From Candidatus Doudnabacteria bacterium (lineage in GTDB: Bacteria > Patescibacteriota > Doudnabacteria > UBA920 > VMFF01), in assembly GCA_028286905.1 (NCBI GenBank), contig JAQBQP010000001.1, positions 15,114 to 79,113 of the forward strand: 64,000 nucleotides of DNA, read 5' to 3'. Position 1 is the first letter of the stretch. The number at the start of each line of letters is the position of its first letter. Below, one piece after another: positions 41,499 to 52,066 of the stretch. The notes under the pieces are model-generated. The model did not search any database, was not told the DNA's origin, and saw only the letters and a program-made list of their open reading frames with translations. A program made the translations under genes and the position numbers.

Positions 41499-41993
41499 TT
41501 AGTAAGCGATAGTGTGCTTAGTATAATCTGGCTTGTGGTCTAACAATTCTTCGTCTTTGAACCAGACCTTAATCTCCTGTCCGGCTTCTTCTACGTTTCC
41601 AGAAGCGTGGATCAAATTATTAATGCCAATGTTCTTGCTATCCGCATGTTTAAATGAAACATGGGAGTAGTCGCCACGAATTGTTCCTGGCGCTGCCGAC
41701 TTTGGTTCGGTGGTGCCGACTAATTTGCGAACTAACTCTACTGCTTCGACTCCTTCTAAAACAATTGCAACCACAGGCGCGGTAGAAAGCATTTCGACCA
41801 TCATTTTGCGAACATGTTCGCCACGTCGAATCGAAATATCTTCAGTGTAGTGCTTCATTGCCATTTCTTCATCAGCTTGAACCATTTTCAAGCCAGCAAT
41901 CTTCATGCCAACTTTTTCAAATCTCTGAATTATCTCGCCGATCAAGCCGCGATTAATTGCATCTGGTTTCAACAATATAAGTGTGCGTTCCAT
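41499..41993 (-). CDS. ndk: Nucleoside diphosphate kinase
   Basis: KPDA, PGTIRGD, NLIHAS. Confidence 0.95.
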   Translation of the reverse strand: MERTLILLKPDAINRGLIGEIIQRFEKVGMKIAGLKMVQADEEMAMKHYTEDISIRRGEHVRKMMVEMLSTAPVVAIVLEGVEAVELVRKLVGTTEPKSAAPGTIRGDYSHVSFKHADSKNIGINNLIHASGNVEEAGQEIKVWFKDEELLDHKPDYTKHTIAY

Positions 41994-42006
41994 AATTTCC
42001 TTTAAG

Positions 42007-42804
42007 TTATTTTACAGTTGTTACTGTCGCCTTGTTAATTACAATTGGAGTTTTTGGCGAACCATCGTCTGGACCAACCACAGGGTCGATCGGTACAGAA
42101 CCAATTTTATCAACCACATCCATTCCGGCAATTACTTTGCCGAAGATCGTATAGTTGTGTGGAATATCAACATCGGAGATCATTATAAAGAATTGCGAAC
42201 CATTTGTATTTGGGCCGGCATTAGCCATTGCTAATGTTCCTTTTACATAACCAGCTTTGTAAGATGGAGTATTTGGGTTAAGCTCGTCTTCAAACTTACC
42301 GCCATAAACACTTTCACCGCCGGAACCGGTGCCAGTTGGATCCCCTGCTTGAATTACGAAGCCATGCGCAACGCGATGGAATTTAACATTATTGTAATAA
42401 CCTTTTTCTGATAAACAAACAAAGTTCTGCACGGTCTTTGGTGCGTCTTTATCAAACATCTGTAGTTGAATCTTGCCCATTGTTGTATCAAGAGTTACAA
42501 CTTTGTTGGAGATATCTACACTTGGTTTGAAATTGCCATTGGCATCTTTTTGAGAAGCGTCTGAGCAGGCTGCTGTAGCATCAGTCATATTTTTATCTCC
42601 TGTATTAGTTGTCGAATTAGTATTGGTATTCGTTTCGGCTGAAGTGTTGTTTGCGGAGGACTGCTCGGAAGTTTGGCTTGTCTGGTTATTAGTCTGCGCT
42701 GGAGCAGGACTATCTGCTGTTTTATGCTTCACAGAATAAATAATTATTCCACCACCGAGGAATATAATAAGTCCGATCAAAGCATAAATAAATTTTGAAT
42801 TCAT
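42007..42804 (-). CDS. Membrane-anchored cyclophilin-type PPIase
   Basis: FHRV, IQAGDP, AMANAGPNTNGSQFFI. Confidence 0.95.
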   Translation of the reverse strand: MNSKFIYALIGLIIFLGGGIIIYSVKHKTADSPAPAQTNNQTSQTSEQSSANNTSAETNTNTNSTTNTGDKNMTDATAACSDASQKDANGNFKPSVDISNKVVTLDTTMGKIQLQMFDKDAPKTVQNFVCLSEKGYYNNVKFHRVAHGFVIQAGDPTGTGSGGESVYGGKFEDELNPNTPSYKAGYVKGTLAMANAGPNTNGSQFFIMISDVDIPHNYTIFGKVIAGMDVVDKIGSVPIDPVVGPDDGSPKTPIVINKATVTTVK

Positions 42805-44123
42805 ATTTGATTATTAATGTTAGGCCTTCTTGCTATCTTTTGTTCACTTCGGCATTTTATCAGATAAAGGACAATTTCTGCAATGTAAATCCCAACTAGC
42901 TGAACTGCAGTTATTTTTGCATAAATAACAGAGTATTTAAACTGCGCCAGGCCATAAACTATCAAGAATAGATAGTTTAAAATTGCCAATAAAATCTTTG
43001 CAAATACTATTTTTAACACTGGCAGACACAGAAAATAACTTAAAGCTAAGATCGGCTCCAACAAAGGTAGAACTAAAAGATTTGCCGGCAAAGCAATTAA
43101 AGACAACTCCTTAAAATAATAAATGGTAATTGGCACAGTTACCAGCTGTGCTGAAATAGTAGTACACAGAATATCTTTAAATAAAAAATAATTTGGGACT
43201 TTATTAAATACTTTTTGTAATATGGGCACAAAATAAATGATACCAAAGATTGAGCTAAAAGAAAGCATAAAACCGATATCGTATTTTATAATCAATGGGT
43301 TTTGAACTACTAATATTACAGCAGTAAACAATAGTGCCGGCAGCATCCGATATTGCCTGCCGTTTATTTTTGCGATCGTGAACATTCCAGACATGATTGC
43401 GGCGCGAACGATTCCGGTAGAAAAATTAGACATCACTAAATAAATAGTTGCAGTGATTATGCAAATCAAATAGGTTTTGTTCCTGCCGATATATTTTGCT
43501 AAACCGGACAAGATAATCATCATCAATGTTAAAACGTATCCGGACAAAGCAATTAAATGCGACGTTCCAGTTGCTCGGAAAGCTTGAATATCGGCATCTG
43601 GCATCTGATCCTTTTGCCCAACTACGATCGCAATCAGCAGCGCGGCTTGTTCCCGAGGCAGTAACGCTTCAAACTTTTCAAAAACAAAATGCTTAACTAC
43701 TAAAGCGTAGTAAATAATTGGGTTTAGTTTGGACTTCCCTACTACAAATACATCCGGATCGCTTATTTGAGCATAAATATTTTTAGTTTGTAAATTTCTA
43801 ATATAATCAAAGTCGTCAAAATTCTTAGGCTGCTTTATTTTCCCAATTAAATATATTTTATCGCCATAATTAAATTTGCTTCTTCCAAAAACGGTTACCT
43901 GAATTTTTTGACTGTATTGAACGGTGGGGATTATTTCGAAGCGCTGGCTGTGCACATGGTAAATTTCCGGATCCGAAACAATATATCCATCAATAATAAC
44001 TTTCTGATCAAAGTAGTTTTGATATTGGTTCGGTTTATCGCCGAGCTGAAACCAATTAACACCGGACCAGATCGCAAATAGAAAAAGAATTAAAAATAAA
44101 ATAAAAATGCTAGACTTGTTCAT
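42801..44123 (-). CDS. comEC: ComEC/Rec2 competence protein
   Basis: PKNFDDFDY, G.SHL.ALSG, VRA.IM, DIGF.LSF, ANL. Confidence 0.9.
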   Translation of the reverse strand: MNKSSIFILFLILFLFAIWSGVNWFQLGDKPNQYQNYFDQKVIIDGYIVSDPEIYHVHSQRFEIIPTVQYSQKIQVTVFGRSKFNYGDKIYLIGKIKQPKNFDDFDYIRNLQTKNIYAQISDPDVFVVGKSKLNPIIYYALVVKHFVFEKFEALLPREQAALLIAIVVGQKDQMPDADIQAFRATGTSHLIALSGYVLTLMMIILSGLAKYIGRNKTYLICIITATIYLVMSNFSTGIVRAAIMSGMFTIAKINGRQYRMLPALLFTAVILVVQNPLIIKYDIGFMLSFSSIFGIIYFVPILQKVFNKVPNYFLFKDILCTTISAQLVTVPITIYYFKELSLIALPANLLVLPLLEPILALSYFLCLPVLKIVFAKILLAILNYLFLIVYGLAQFKYSVIYAKITAVQLVGIYIAEIVLYLIKCRSEQKIARRPNINNQI

Positions 44124-44177
44124 TAAACAACTCTAGCATTCCAAGATTAAAAGTTTTTAAACTAAGGTTAATACTTA

Positions 44178-45854
44178 CTAAAACGCGTCCATCGCATCAA
44201 TCTTTACCCGTTCTGCAATTATTTTCCCTTTTGGAATTGGGAAAGTTACGGTAAAGGTTGTGCCTTGGTTTACTCCTGGACTATCAAATGAAATTGTTCC
44301 GCCGTGTGATTCCACAATTTTCTTAACGACGTAAATACCAAGCCCGGTGCCTTCACGAGTCAATTCATTTGCCGCAGTTGTTCTAAAGAATTTTTCAAAT
44401 AATTTAGATTTTTCGGCAGGGTCAACGCCAATACCTGTATCTTTAACGGAGAATTGCAGCATCTCTCCAACCTTCATTAAAGTTAGAGTAACGCCGCCCT
44501 TCGGGGTATATTTAATAGAATTATCGATTAGGTTAATGATTACCTGGCGAAGCTTTTCAGCATCGGCGCGGATTTCCGGACAAGACCGATTAATATTGTC
44601 GAAGTATAAATATAAACCTTTGTCTTTTGCCTTCTGCGAAATTTCTGTAATAACGCTCTCAATAATTTCACAAACATTCACTGCGTCAAAATCAAATTCC
44701 ATTCTGCCCGATTCAATTCGAGACAGATCCAATAAATCGCCGACCAATACTGCCAAGCGTTGCGCGGAGTCAAAAATAATCTGAACGCTATCTTTTTGGG
44801 TTTTCTCTACTGGTCCAAAGTCGCCGGACAAGATCATCGAAGCATACCCTTTGATCGCGGTTAGCGGGGTGCGCAATTGGTGCGAAGCCACCGAAAGGAA
44901 TTCAGACTTCGCTTTATCAACTTCCTTCAATTGGATATTTGCAGTCTTTAATTGACCAGACAACAGCTCTAGCTCTTGCCTTTGCTTTGCTTCTTGCTGG
45001 ACGCTTCGAATTAACAATATTCCAACCAAAAGCAGGGTAAAAAATATAAAGACTCTGAAGATTAAATCGTAAATTCCTTTTGAAGTAATAATTTCAAATA
45101 AATTTACAACGATCAGCACCAGAACCAAAACTTCGGTAGAAAAGATTTTTATATTAAACAAACCATGTTTCAATATAGAATAACCCGTAAAAAACACAAA
45201 CGGCAAAATAAATATCGCGCCAAAAGGAATAAAATCAGTTTGGTTAAAAATGGCTGGCAAAATGAGATTAAAACAAATTATCGCCAAGAACATTAAAACC
45301 GTACCCCAGGTGAAATAACGCAGCTGCAAGCGCTCTGCTTTTGGGGTTTTTAAAATTCTTCTAACCAAATAAAATAACCCGGCAGCCACTAGGCTGACTG
45401 CAAATATTCCAAACACTGCAATGCCCATTCCCGGAATGAAAACCGGCGTACCGCTCTGATTAAGCCCATCTATTACTTTAACTACGTAGGGCGACAAAGT
45501 TAGCAAAGAAACCAAAACAACCGCTGGAGTCAAATATCTAACAATCCATTTTGGCAAAGTTATTTTATCTTCAGGGAAAATATAACTGAGCAAAAAAAAT
45601 GTAAAGGCTTGCCAGACCGCAAAAAATAAAACTAACCTGGTTAACCACAGCAGCCAAACAGGGCTTGAGAACTGGTAGGACAGATAATTTACAATTCCCC
45701 ATCCAGAGCTAACTAGTGTAAATGCGAAAAATGTTTTACCAGTAGCGCTATTTCTGTTTTCAAAATAAATTTTATATCCCAACAGAACACTAGCAGCGAT
45801 AGCTATTCCAACTGACAACAAATCTAAGTTCTGCCCAATGTCTAATGAGATCAT
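44178..45854 (-). CDS. Sensor histidine kinase with multi-TM (HisKA_7TM-like) input domain
   Basis: About 8 TMs; ASHQLRTPL, NLIDNSIKY, DTGIG, GTGLG. Confidence 0.92.
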   Translation of the reverse strand: MISLDIGQNLDLLSVGIAIAASVLLGYKIYFENRNSATGKTFFAFTLVSSGWGIVNYLSYQFSSPVWLLWLTRLVLFFAVWQAFTFFLLSYIFPEDKITLPKWIVRYLTPAVVLVSLLTLSPYVVKVIDGLNQSGTPVFIPGMGIAVFGIFAVSLVAAGLFYLVRRILKTPKAERLQLRYFTWGTVLMFLAIICFNLILPAIFNQTDFIPFGAIFILPFVFFTGYSILKHGLFNIKIFSTEVLVLVLIVVNLFEIITSKGIYDLIFRVFIFFTLLLVGILLIRSVQQEAKQRQELELLSGQLKTANIQLKEVDKAKSEFLSVASHQLRTPLTAIKGYASMILSGDFGPVEKTQKDSVQIIFDSAQRLAVLVGDLLDLSRIESGRMEFDFDAVNVCEIIESVITEISQKAKDKGLYLYFDNINRSCPEIRADAEKLRQVIINLIDNSIKYTPKGGVTLTLMKVGEMLQFSVKDTGIGVDPAEKSKLFEKFFRTTAANELTREGTGLGIYVVKKIVESHGGTISFDSPGVNQGTTFTVTFPIPKGKIIAERVKIDAMDAF

Positions 45855-45893
45855 GCTAATATTATACCCGTTAATAGCTGAATAGCTAAATTT

Positions 45894-47057
45894 TTACAGT
45901 CCCATCATCTTGAGATAGCCTTTTCTCTTTTTATCTCTCTTTTGAACTTGCGATTTGCTTTCAAAAAAAGGCACAAATATAGAATCGAGATTAACCTCAT
46001 ATCGACCCGATTTCAAATCTTCTTTTAAAATTACTTTGCGCGCCAAATATGTCAGTACCGCGCCGCATAAAGTAGCAGCGTTACCAAGCTGCGGCCAGGA
46101 GTAAATGGTTCTGCCAACTTGCATAACCGATTCAATCATTTTTAGGTCGGCAATATTTGCGCCGGCCATCTTTGCGATCGTCCGTGGCAAGTCTTGCGGC
46201 TGAACATGTTTAACGTCTTCTGGAGTCATTTTCCCCAAAATTCCATGCAAAATTGGAGTTTTTTTGTTTAGGTCAAAGCGTTCAATGTCAACAATAATGC
46301 TATCCGCGTTGTCCGCAGCCATAATTATCGGGACGCCATGCGGCTTAGCAATATATCGGGTCTTTAGTTTTAAGTAAGGATTGTCCATTTCTTCGACAAT
46401 CAAATCTAGCTTTGGCGAAAGTATAAATTTTTCAATGTTCGCATCGCTAACCCCTTCAGCAAACAACTCAATTTCTGCATAAGGATTAATTTCCATGATC
46501 TGTCTAGCAACAACGATCATTTTTCCAGTCCCAACATTCTGAAAGCCAGTTCTAATTCGATTTAAGTTTGAGCCGGAAATTATATCTGGATCTGCAAGCT
46601 TAATATGCTTCGCTCCCCCGGTCATAACTATGGTCAGGGCAACGTGGCTACCAACACTCATACCCATGATTCCAACGTTGGAATTGTAAAATCTTTTTTG
46701 CTCATCTTCGTTAATTAAAAAACGGTTTCTTCCGGTGCGTAAATGAAAATGCAAGTCTTCAGGCAAAAAATGGATTACCTGGTTCAACCATGGATAATAA
46801 AACCAATTTCCGGCATGTACAGGATCTTTACCCTTAAAATGTTTATCTAAAAACTTTTGAAAATGAGCCTGATAATCTTTGTTAAAACGATATTCGGGAT
46901 TTTGCAAAAGAAAAGCTTCCTCTGTTAAATCAGCATACTGATCAATTATCCCGACGCCCTTTTTTTGATAAGAATTTAATTCTTTTACAAGTTGGTCTTT
47001 TTTAAGCTTAATCGGTTTCCAAGATTCCCGATCCACTTTTTCTTTTAGGGTTTTCAT
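45894..47057 (-). CDS. ThiF-family adenylyltransferase, Rv1355c/MoeY-like
   Basis: WFYYPW, RNR, GMSVGS, ADPD....SNLNR, SWPQL. Confidence 0.85.
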   Translation of the reverse strand: MKTLKEKVDRESWKPIKLKKDQLVKELNSYQKKGVGIIDQYADLTEEAFLLQNPEYRFNKDYQAHFQKFLDKHFKGKDPVHAGNWFYYPWLNQVIHFLPEDLHFHLRTGRNRFLINEDEQKRFYNSNVGIMGMSVGSHVALTIVMTGGAKHIKLADPDIISGSNLNRIRTGFQNVGTGKMIVVARQIMEINPYAEIELFAEGVSDANIEKFILSPKLDLIVEEMDNPYLKLKTRYIAKPHGVPIIMAADNADSIIVDIERFDLNKKTPILHGILGKMTPEDVKHVQPQDLPRTIAKMAGANIADLKMIESVMQVGRTIYSWPQLGNAATLCGAVLTYLARKVILKEDLKSGRYEVNLDSIFVPFFESKSQVQKRDKKRKGYLKMMGL

Positions 47058-47060
47058 ATA

Positions 47061-48548
47061 TTACCTCTTTACCCATTTTTGCTTACCACCTTGGTTAAAA
47101 AATGGTGCGCTTTCATGGGAAATTAGATTAATTTTAGTTTTACGTTTACTTTCTGGAAGTGAGCCATAAGAGTTTTTGAACTCTGAATTCTTTTCCAACA
47201 AAACTGCTAATATCCTCTTCCTTAGCTTCTCAAGCAATTGTTTAGATTTTTTTGTTTTGTTCTTTAATTCAGTATGCACTTCAAGAACTGGGTTATAATT
47301 TTTATCTTCCGATACCTCCACTACAAATTTTCCGCTTAAATGCGATGCGACGCTTTTGTGTTGATGCGCCTCTTTTAAATGTTCTGGGTAAACATTTGCA
47401 CCATACCAAGTAACAACCATATCGCTACGCTCATAAACATAGACGAACGGTAAGTTCCAAATTGTGTCTGCTATTCCCTGCTTTTTTGCTTCTTGGTCCA
47501 AATTAGGAATAACCTTGCGCATATCTTTTAGGCTAACGATTCCTCCGCGATCTTTTAAATCATAGCGGACTAACGGGATACCGCTATCTGCCGAACATAC
47601 TAGATTTCCTGCCAGATCCTCAAAGTAAAACATCTCGGGAATATATTGAGTTAAAGTAGGCAGCCGATGAATCTGGCCGAAAATATTTTTGTAGATCTCT
47701 TTATTTTTTACTGCAATTCTTCTAATTAAAATAGAGACTGGGGTTTCGTATGACATCGTGCCCAAATCTACTGTGCCGTAATGGTTCAGAGTATCTAAGT
47801 AGATATTTTTTAAACCGGTTTTGGAAGCAATGTAATCACGGAATGATTCGCTAAAGCCTTCTGCGGAAAAAACAAGTTTTAAATTAATTTTTTTCCAATT
47901 TAACCCTTGCACAATCCCTTCATCAACGACGTCCTTTAAAAATGGAGGATAAGCGCCAATAATTATTTGATCGTATTCATTTCCAAACTTGCGCACCGCT
48001 TTGATAATTTCGTTTTTATTTACCCCGGTGGTTAGTACACTTAACGCATAATTGCCATTTTGAGTAATATTTTTTAAAGCCTGATAAGTGAATAAGCCGC
48101 CGATCCAAGGCCCCATTGCAAAAGCATCAATATATAAAGTTGTTTTTTTGTGGATTTGAAAATTGGTTCGCAAATACATTTCCGCGGTAAATGCATATTG
48201 CTGGTCCTGCTGATCCGTTCTAGGAAAATAAAATGGTTCGCCGGTTGTTCCAGAGGTTGAAGAAAACACCCAAGGTTGCGAAGCAAATTTGCCGTCCCAA
48301 CATAGCTCAGCCAAAGGATAAGCTTTTAAATAATTTTGCTTATCAATTAAAGGAACTTTTTTAAAGTCCGTAATAGTTTTTATTTTTGAAGGATCAATTT
48401 TATGTTTCTTCAAAAACTTTTTATAAGCGGGCACTCTTTTTGCCATCCGATGAAATAATTCTAGCGCAGCCGCTTCTCCGGCATTGGCCCAATGCGCTTC
48501 TGGCTTGGAACTCAAATCGGAAATAGTTTTTATTGGGTCGTTAAGCAT
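47061..48548 (-). CDS. Phenylacetate-CoA ligase (PaaK)-like adenylate-forming enzyme
   Basis: VPAY, SSTSGTTGEP, YPPF, YGTVD, PLVRYDLKDRG, GANVYPE. Confidence 0.85.
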   Translation of the reverse strand: MLNDPIKTISDLSSKPEAHWANAGEAAALELFHRMAKRVPAYKKFLKKHKIDPSKIKTITDFKKVPLIDKQNYLKAYPLAELCWDGKFASQPWVFSSTSGTTGEPFYFPRTDQQDQQYAFTAEMYLRTNFQIHKKTTLYIDAFAMGPWIGGLFTYQALKNITQNGNYALSVLTTGVNKNEIIKAVRKFGNEYDQIIIGAYPPFLKDVVDEGIVQGLNWKKINLKLVFSAEGFSESFRDYIASKTGLKNIYLDTLNHYGTVDLGTMSYETPVSILIRRIAVKNKEIYKNIFGQIHRLPTLTQYIPEMFYFEDLAGNLVCSADSGIPLVRYDLKDRGGIVSLKDMRKVIPNLDQEAKKQGIADTIWNLPFVYVYERSDMVVTWYGANVYPEHLKEAHQHKSVASHLSGKFVVEVSEDKNYNPVLEVHTELKNKTKKSKQLLEKLRKRILAVLLEKNSEFKNSYGSLPESKRKTKINLISHESAPFFNQGGKQKWVKR

Positions 48549-49578
48549 AAATTTTAGTAAATTGTTTTTCTGCAATTTGGTTGGTTACTCGATAGTGTGA
48601 AATTTTCTGGTCCTTTGCAGTTTTCAAAACTTCAAGGCAGGTCTTTTTTAAATCTGATATTCTTTGCATTACTCGCTCTTTATTGTAACCGCCCGGCTCG
48701 AGCTCATCAGCAACATCAATCAAACCTCCGGCATTGGCCAAGTAATCTGGAATGCAAATATATCCCGCTTCAAAAAAACGATCGCCTACTTCTGGGCTTT
48801 GCAACTGATTATTTGCAGTACCGCAAATAATTTTGGCCTTTATTTTTCCTAGTTGCCCTTCGCTTAAATCATCGCCCATCGCACAAGGCGCAAAGATTGT
48901 CGCCGAAATTGAATTAATTTCTTCAACCGGCACAATTTTTATGCTCGGCAAGAATTTTTTAGCATGTTCGGCCACTGCTGGATTTATGTCTGCCCCCACA
49001 ACCACCGCTCCTTCATTAGTTAGAAACCTTGCCAATTCTAAACCAGTTTTACCCAAACCTTTAATAGCCACAGTTACTCGATTTAAATTCGGAGTACCGT
49101 TTACAAAATTTAAAGTTGTTTGAATGCAATAAAAAACTCCCAAGGCAGCATAGGGCGCAGAGTCACCAGCTTTATTTGCTGTGCCTATAAAATAATTACT
49201 GTGCTGCTGCAAAAACGAAAGATCTTTCTGATACATTCCAACATCTTCACCGGTAAAAAAACTGCCTTTGAGCTTATTAACTTCTTCAGCGTACGCCTTT
49301 AACCAAGCGTCATTTTTCACTTCCGGTCTGCCGATTAACACCGCCTTACCACCCCCGTGCGGTAGCTTAGCAATTGCACACTTATAGGTCATCGTTCTGG
49401 CAAGGCGCATTGCATCCTGCAGTGCTTCTTCTTCAGTAGCATAATCGTAAACCCTGGTTGCACCTAATGCCGAGCCAGGTTTAGTTGTATGGATCGCTAT
49501 AAACCCTTTCAAGCCTACATCTGGCCGATCAATTTTGACAATCTGTTCGTAATCTTCAACTTTTAATTTCTTTGACAT
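48541..49578 (-). CDS. Leucine/phenylalanine/valine dehydrogenase
   Basis: MTYK, GGGK, GEDVG, PCA.G, ANNQL, PDYLANAGG. Confidence 0.9.
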   Translation of the reverse strand: MSKKLKVEDYEQIVKIDRPDVGLKGFIAIHTTKPGSALGATRVYDYATEEEALQDAMRLARTMTYKCAIAKLPHGGGKAVLIGRPEVKNDAWLKAYAEEVNKLKGSFFTGEDVGMYQKDLSFLQQHSNYFIGTANKAGDSAPYAALGVFYCIQTTLNFVNGTPNLNRVTVAIKGLGKTGLELARFLTNEGAVVVGADINPAVAEHAKKFLPSIKIVPVEEINSISATIFAPCAMGDDLSEGQLGKIKAKIICGTANNQLQSPEVGDRFFEAGYICIPDYLANAGGLIDVADELEPGGYNKERVMQRISDLKKTCLEVLKTAKDQKISHYRVTNQIAEKQFTKIYA

Positions 49579-49596
49579 TTTGTTACCTTAACAATT

Positions 49597-50595
49597 TTAT
49601 TTAAGCACTTTTTCAATATTCAATCGCGGAGCAAACTTTGCTGTTTTATTTGTATATCCTAAACGTAAAAACATTTGCGGCCTTGTATCAAGGTTTAGAA
49701 CTTTTTGGATATCTTTATAAAATTCTCCTACTTCAATTGGAGCGCCTAGCGGTGATATTTTCACATTCTCTTTTTCTGCCATCAAAGCAATTCTTTCAAA
49801 GACCCTACCAGTATTAACCCAACTTTCTTTATTATCCTCAGCACTGCTAAGAATTACAAAGGCCGGAGTTTTATTTAATAAAACAGTGTCCATTTTCTTT
49901 TGCTGCTTGCCCATTTTGCTATTCTTCAAAATTTTTGGAAAAACTAAAGACAATAAAAAAGGCATCCCTAAAGTGTAGCCGGGCATGCCATCATCATATC
50001 TATTAAGACTCGGCCTGACCCAAGCAGACAGCTCGTTTCTAAAACTTTGATCATCCAAAGCTACTTCGGCTGCACTAGCTACAATCTCTGTGATTTGTTT
50101 CTTCTGAGATTCTGCTATTACAAAATTAACTTGGACCATCGGATCGAGGTTTTTCAGCTTATCTAAGAAATTTTGGTCCGGAATTCTAGGTTCAAAAGGA
50201 AAACGATTGCTTTGACGGGTCAAAATATATTTTACCAAACTAGAGTCTTTTGGAGTTGCTGTCCTAAAATTAAAAATGCTAACAAGATTAGAGTCATTCA
50301 AATTTAAAGGATCGCTACTTACCTCGAAACCAAAGTGTTCTGCCGCAATTATCAAATTCTCAATTGCCGCTCCAATACTCAAATACATTTGTCTTCGCGT
50401 CGGATCGGAATAAGATAACTCCCTGCTTGGATTAATGTAAAGCTCAATCTTGTCTGAAACAATTTTAAAAAGCCATGGTTGAGTGTTATGACTGGATGGT
50501 GCAAGCGCGGCAAATTTAATTAAATGTTTTAACTTTTCTGCTGAGCTTAGACCTGCGAAATATTTCAAATCTAAACTTGGATTTTCCGGACGCAT
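49597..50595 (-). CDS. Acg-type FMN-binding nitroreductase-family protein
   Basis: APSSHNTQPW, SIGAAIEN, R.SNR.PF, PQ..LRLGY. Confidence 0.88.
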   Translation of the reverse strand: MRPENPSLDLKYFAGLSSAEKLKHLIKFAALAPSSHNTQPWLFKIVSDKIELYINPSRELSYSDPTRRQMYLSIGAAIENLIIAAEHFGFEVSSDPLNLNDSNLVSIFNFRTATPKDSSLVKYILTRQSNRFPFEPRIPDQNFLDKLKNLDPMVQVNFVIAESQKKQITEIVASAAEVALDDQSFRNELSAWVRPSLNRYDDGMPGYTLGMPFLLSLVFPKILKNSKMGKQQKKMDTVLLNKTPAFVILSSAEDNKESWVNTGRVFERIALMAEKENVKISPLGAPIEVGEFYKDIQKVLNLDTRPQMFLRLGYTNKTAKFAPRLNIEKVLK

Positions 50596-50658
50596 TTATT
50601 TTTGTTTTATTTTCATTAAGGCCTGTTTATAAGGATATTATACCATACTCAGTACGAT

Positions 50659-51987
50659 TTATGACCTCAACAGTTTTTTAACCTGCTTCACTAAATCTTT
50701 AGCTTTTAATTCGACTTGCTTTCTGGTTTTCAAGTCCCGTACAGTGACTTGCCCTTTTTTCTTTTCATTTTCGCCAAACAATATAGCGTAAGGGATAGAT
50801 TTAGCTTCCGCAAAAGTAAACTGCTTTTTCATATCCGCTTGCTGATAGTAAACTTCGGAGTTAATCCCAGCGGCACGAAGTTCGGTAACAATATTTATGT
50901 AGTCTGCTTCCAATTCTTTATTCATATTTAAGATCAGAACATCAACGACATTCTGCTTATCAACCAAATTCAATTCAAGCATTGCGCTAAACAAACGATC
51001 GATACCGATTGAGATACCAACTGCAGGGATATCCTTGCCAGTAAATAAATTAATTAATTTATCATAACGTCCCCCGCCAGCTACAGAACTAAAGCTTCCT
51101 TCTTTGCTCTTTTCTAAAATTGCCGCTTCAAAAATAGTTGAAGTATAATAATCCATCCCTCTAGCTAAGGCCAAATCAATTTCCAGATTTTTAACACCCA
51201 TCTCCTTAAGGACCATAAAAACTTTATTCAACTCTTCAAAACCTTGCTGGCCTTGCGGCTGCTTCAAAATATATTTATTCATAAATACTTTCAACGCACC
51301 GACATCAGGAACTTTTGTTGAGGTTAATCTGATCAATCCTTCTGCTTCATTGACAGTCATGCCAATTTTTTCTTGCAGTTCAGCAGAAACAGCCTTGGCG
51401 CCAATCTTATCTATTTTATCGATTGCCCGAATCGCCACAACAATTTTATCAGCAGGAACTTTGGCAGTCAGCATTATTGCATTCAATATTTTGCGATTGC
51501 TAATTTTAATCTTAAATTTCTTAATACCGAGTTCTCTTATAATTTGCTCGGCGATGGCGATACATTCGGCATCTGCAATACCTACCTCTGCTCCAACAAC
51601 ATCAGCATCACATTGATAAAATTCCCGGTACCGGCCACGTTGGGTATTTTCTGCACGCCAAACCGGCGCAATCTGGTAGCGTTTAAAAAACTTTGGTAAT
51701 TCATTTGAATACTGTGCGACAACGCGTGCCAAAGGAACAGTAAGGTCATAGCGCATTGCAACTTTACGATCGCCATTATCTTTAAAGCGATACATTAACA
51801 TTTCGCCTTCTTCGCCATACTTTCCGGTTAAAACATCTTCATGTTCAAGTACTGGAGTATCAAGCGGCTCAAAGCCAAAACGTTCAAATACTAGTTTGAT
51901 CTTTTCAAGCATTCGGGCACGAACGATCTGATCTTTCGGTAGATAATCTCTAAAGCCCTTTAAATTGCGCGGTTCTATTAATTTCAT
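50659..51987 (-). CDS. hisS: Histidine--tRNA ligase
   Basis: GFRDYLP, RYDLTVP, GRYREFYQCD, RGMDYYT, GGGRYD. Confidence 0.97.
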   Translation of the reverse strand: MKLIEPRNLKGFRDYLPKDQIVRARMLEKIKLVFERFGFEPLDTPVLEHEDVLTGKYGEEGEMLMYRFKDNGDRKVAMRYDLTVPLARVVAQYSNELPKFFKRYQIAPVWRAENTQRGRYREFYQCDADVVGAEVGIADAECIAIAEQIIRELGIKKFKIKISNRKILNAIMLTAKVPADKIVVAIRAIDKIDKIGAKAVSAELQEKIGMTVNEAEGLIRLTSTKVPDVGALKVFMNKYILKQPQGQQGFEELNKVFMVLKEMGVKNLEIDLALARGMDYYTSTIFEAAILEKSKEGSFSSVAGGGRYDKLINLFTGKDIPAVGISIGIDRLFSAMLELNLVDKQNVVDVLILNMNKELEADYINIVTELRAAGINSEVYYQQADMKKQFTFAEAKSIPYAILFGENEKKKGQVTVRDLKTRKQVELKAKDLVKQVKKLLRS

Positions 51988-52066
51988 ATGGTTATTTTAG
52001 CATAAAAAGAAAAGAACCTCACTACACACCTGGAAGGTGTGAGCGAGGCTCTCTGCTTAGAACGTC

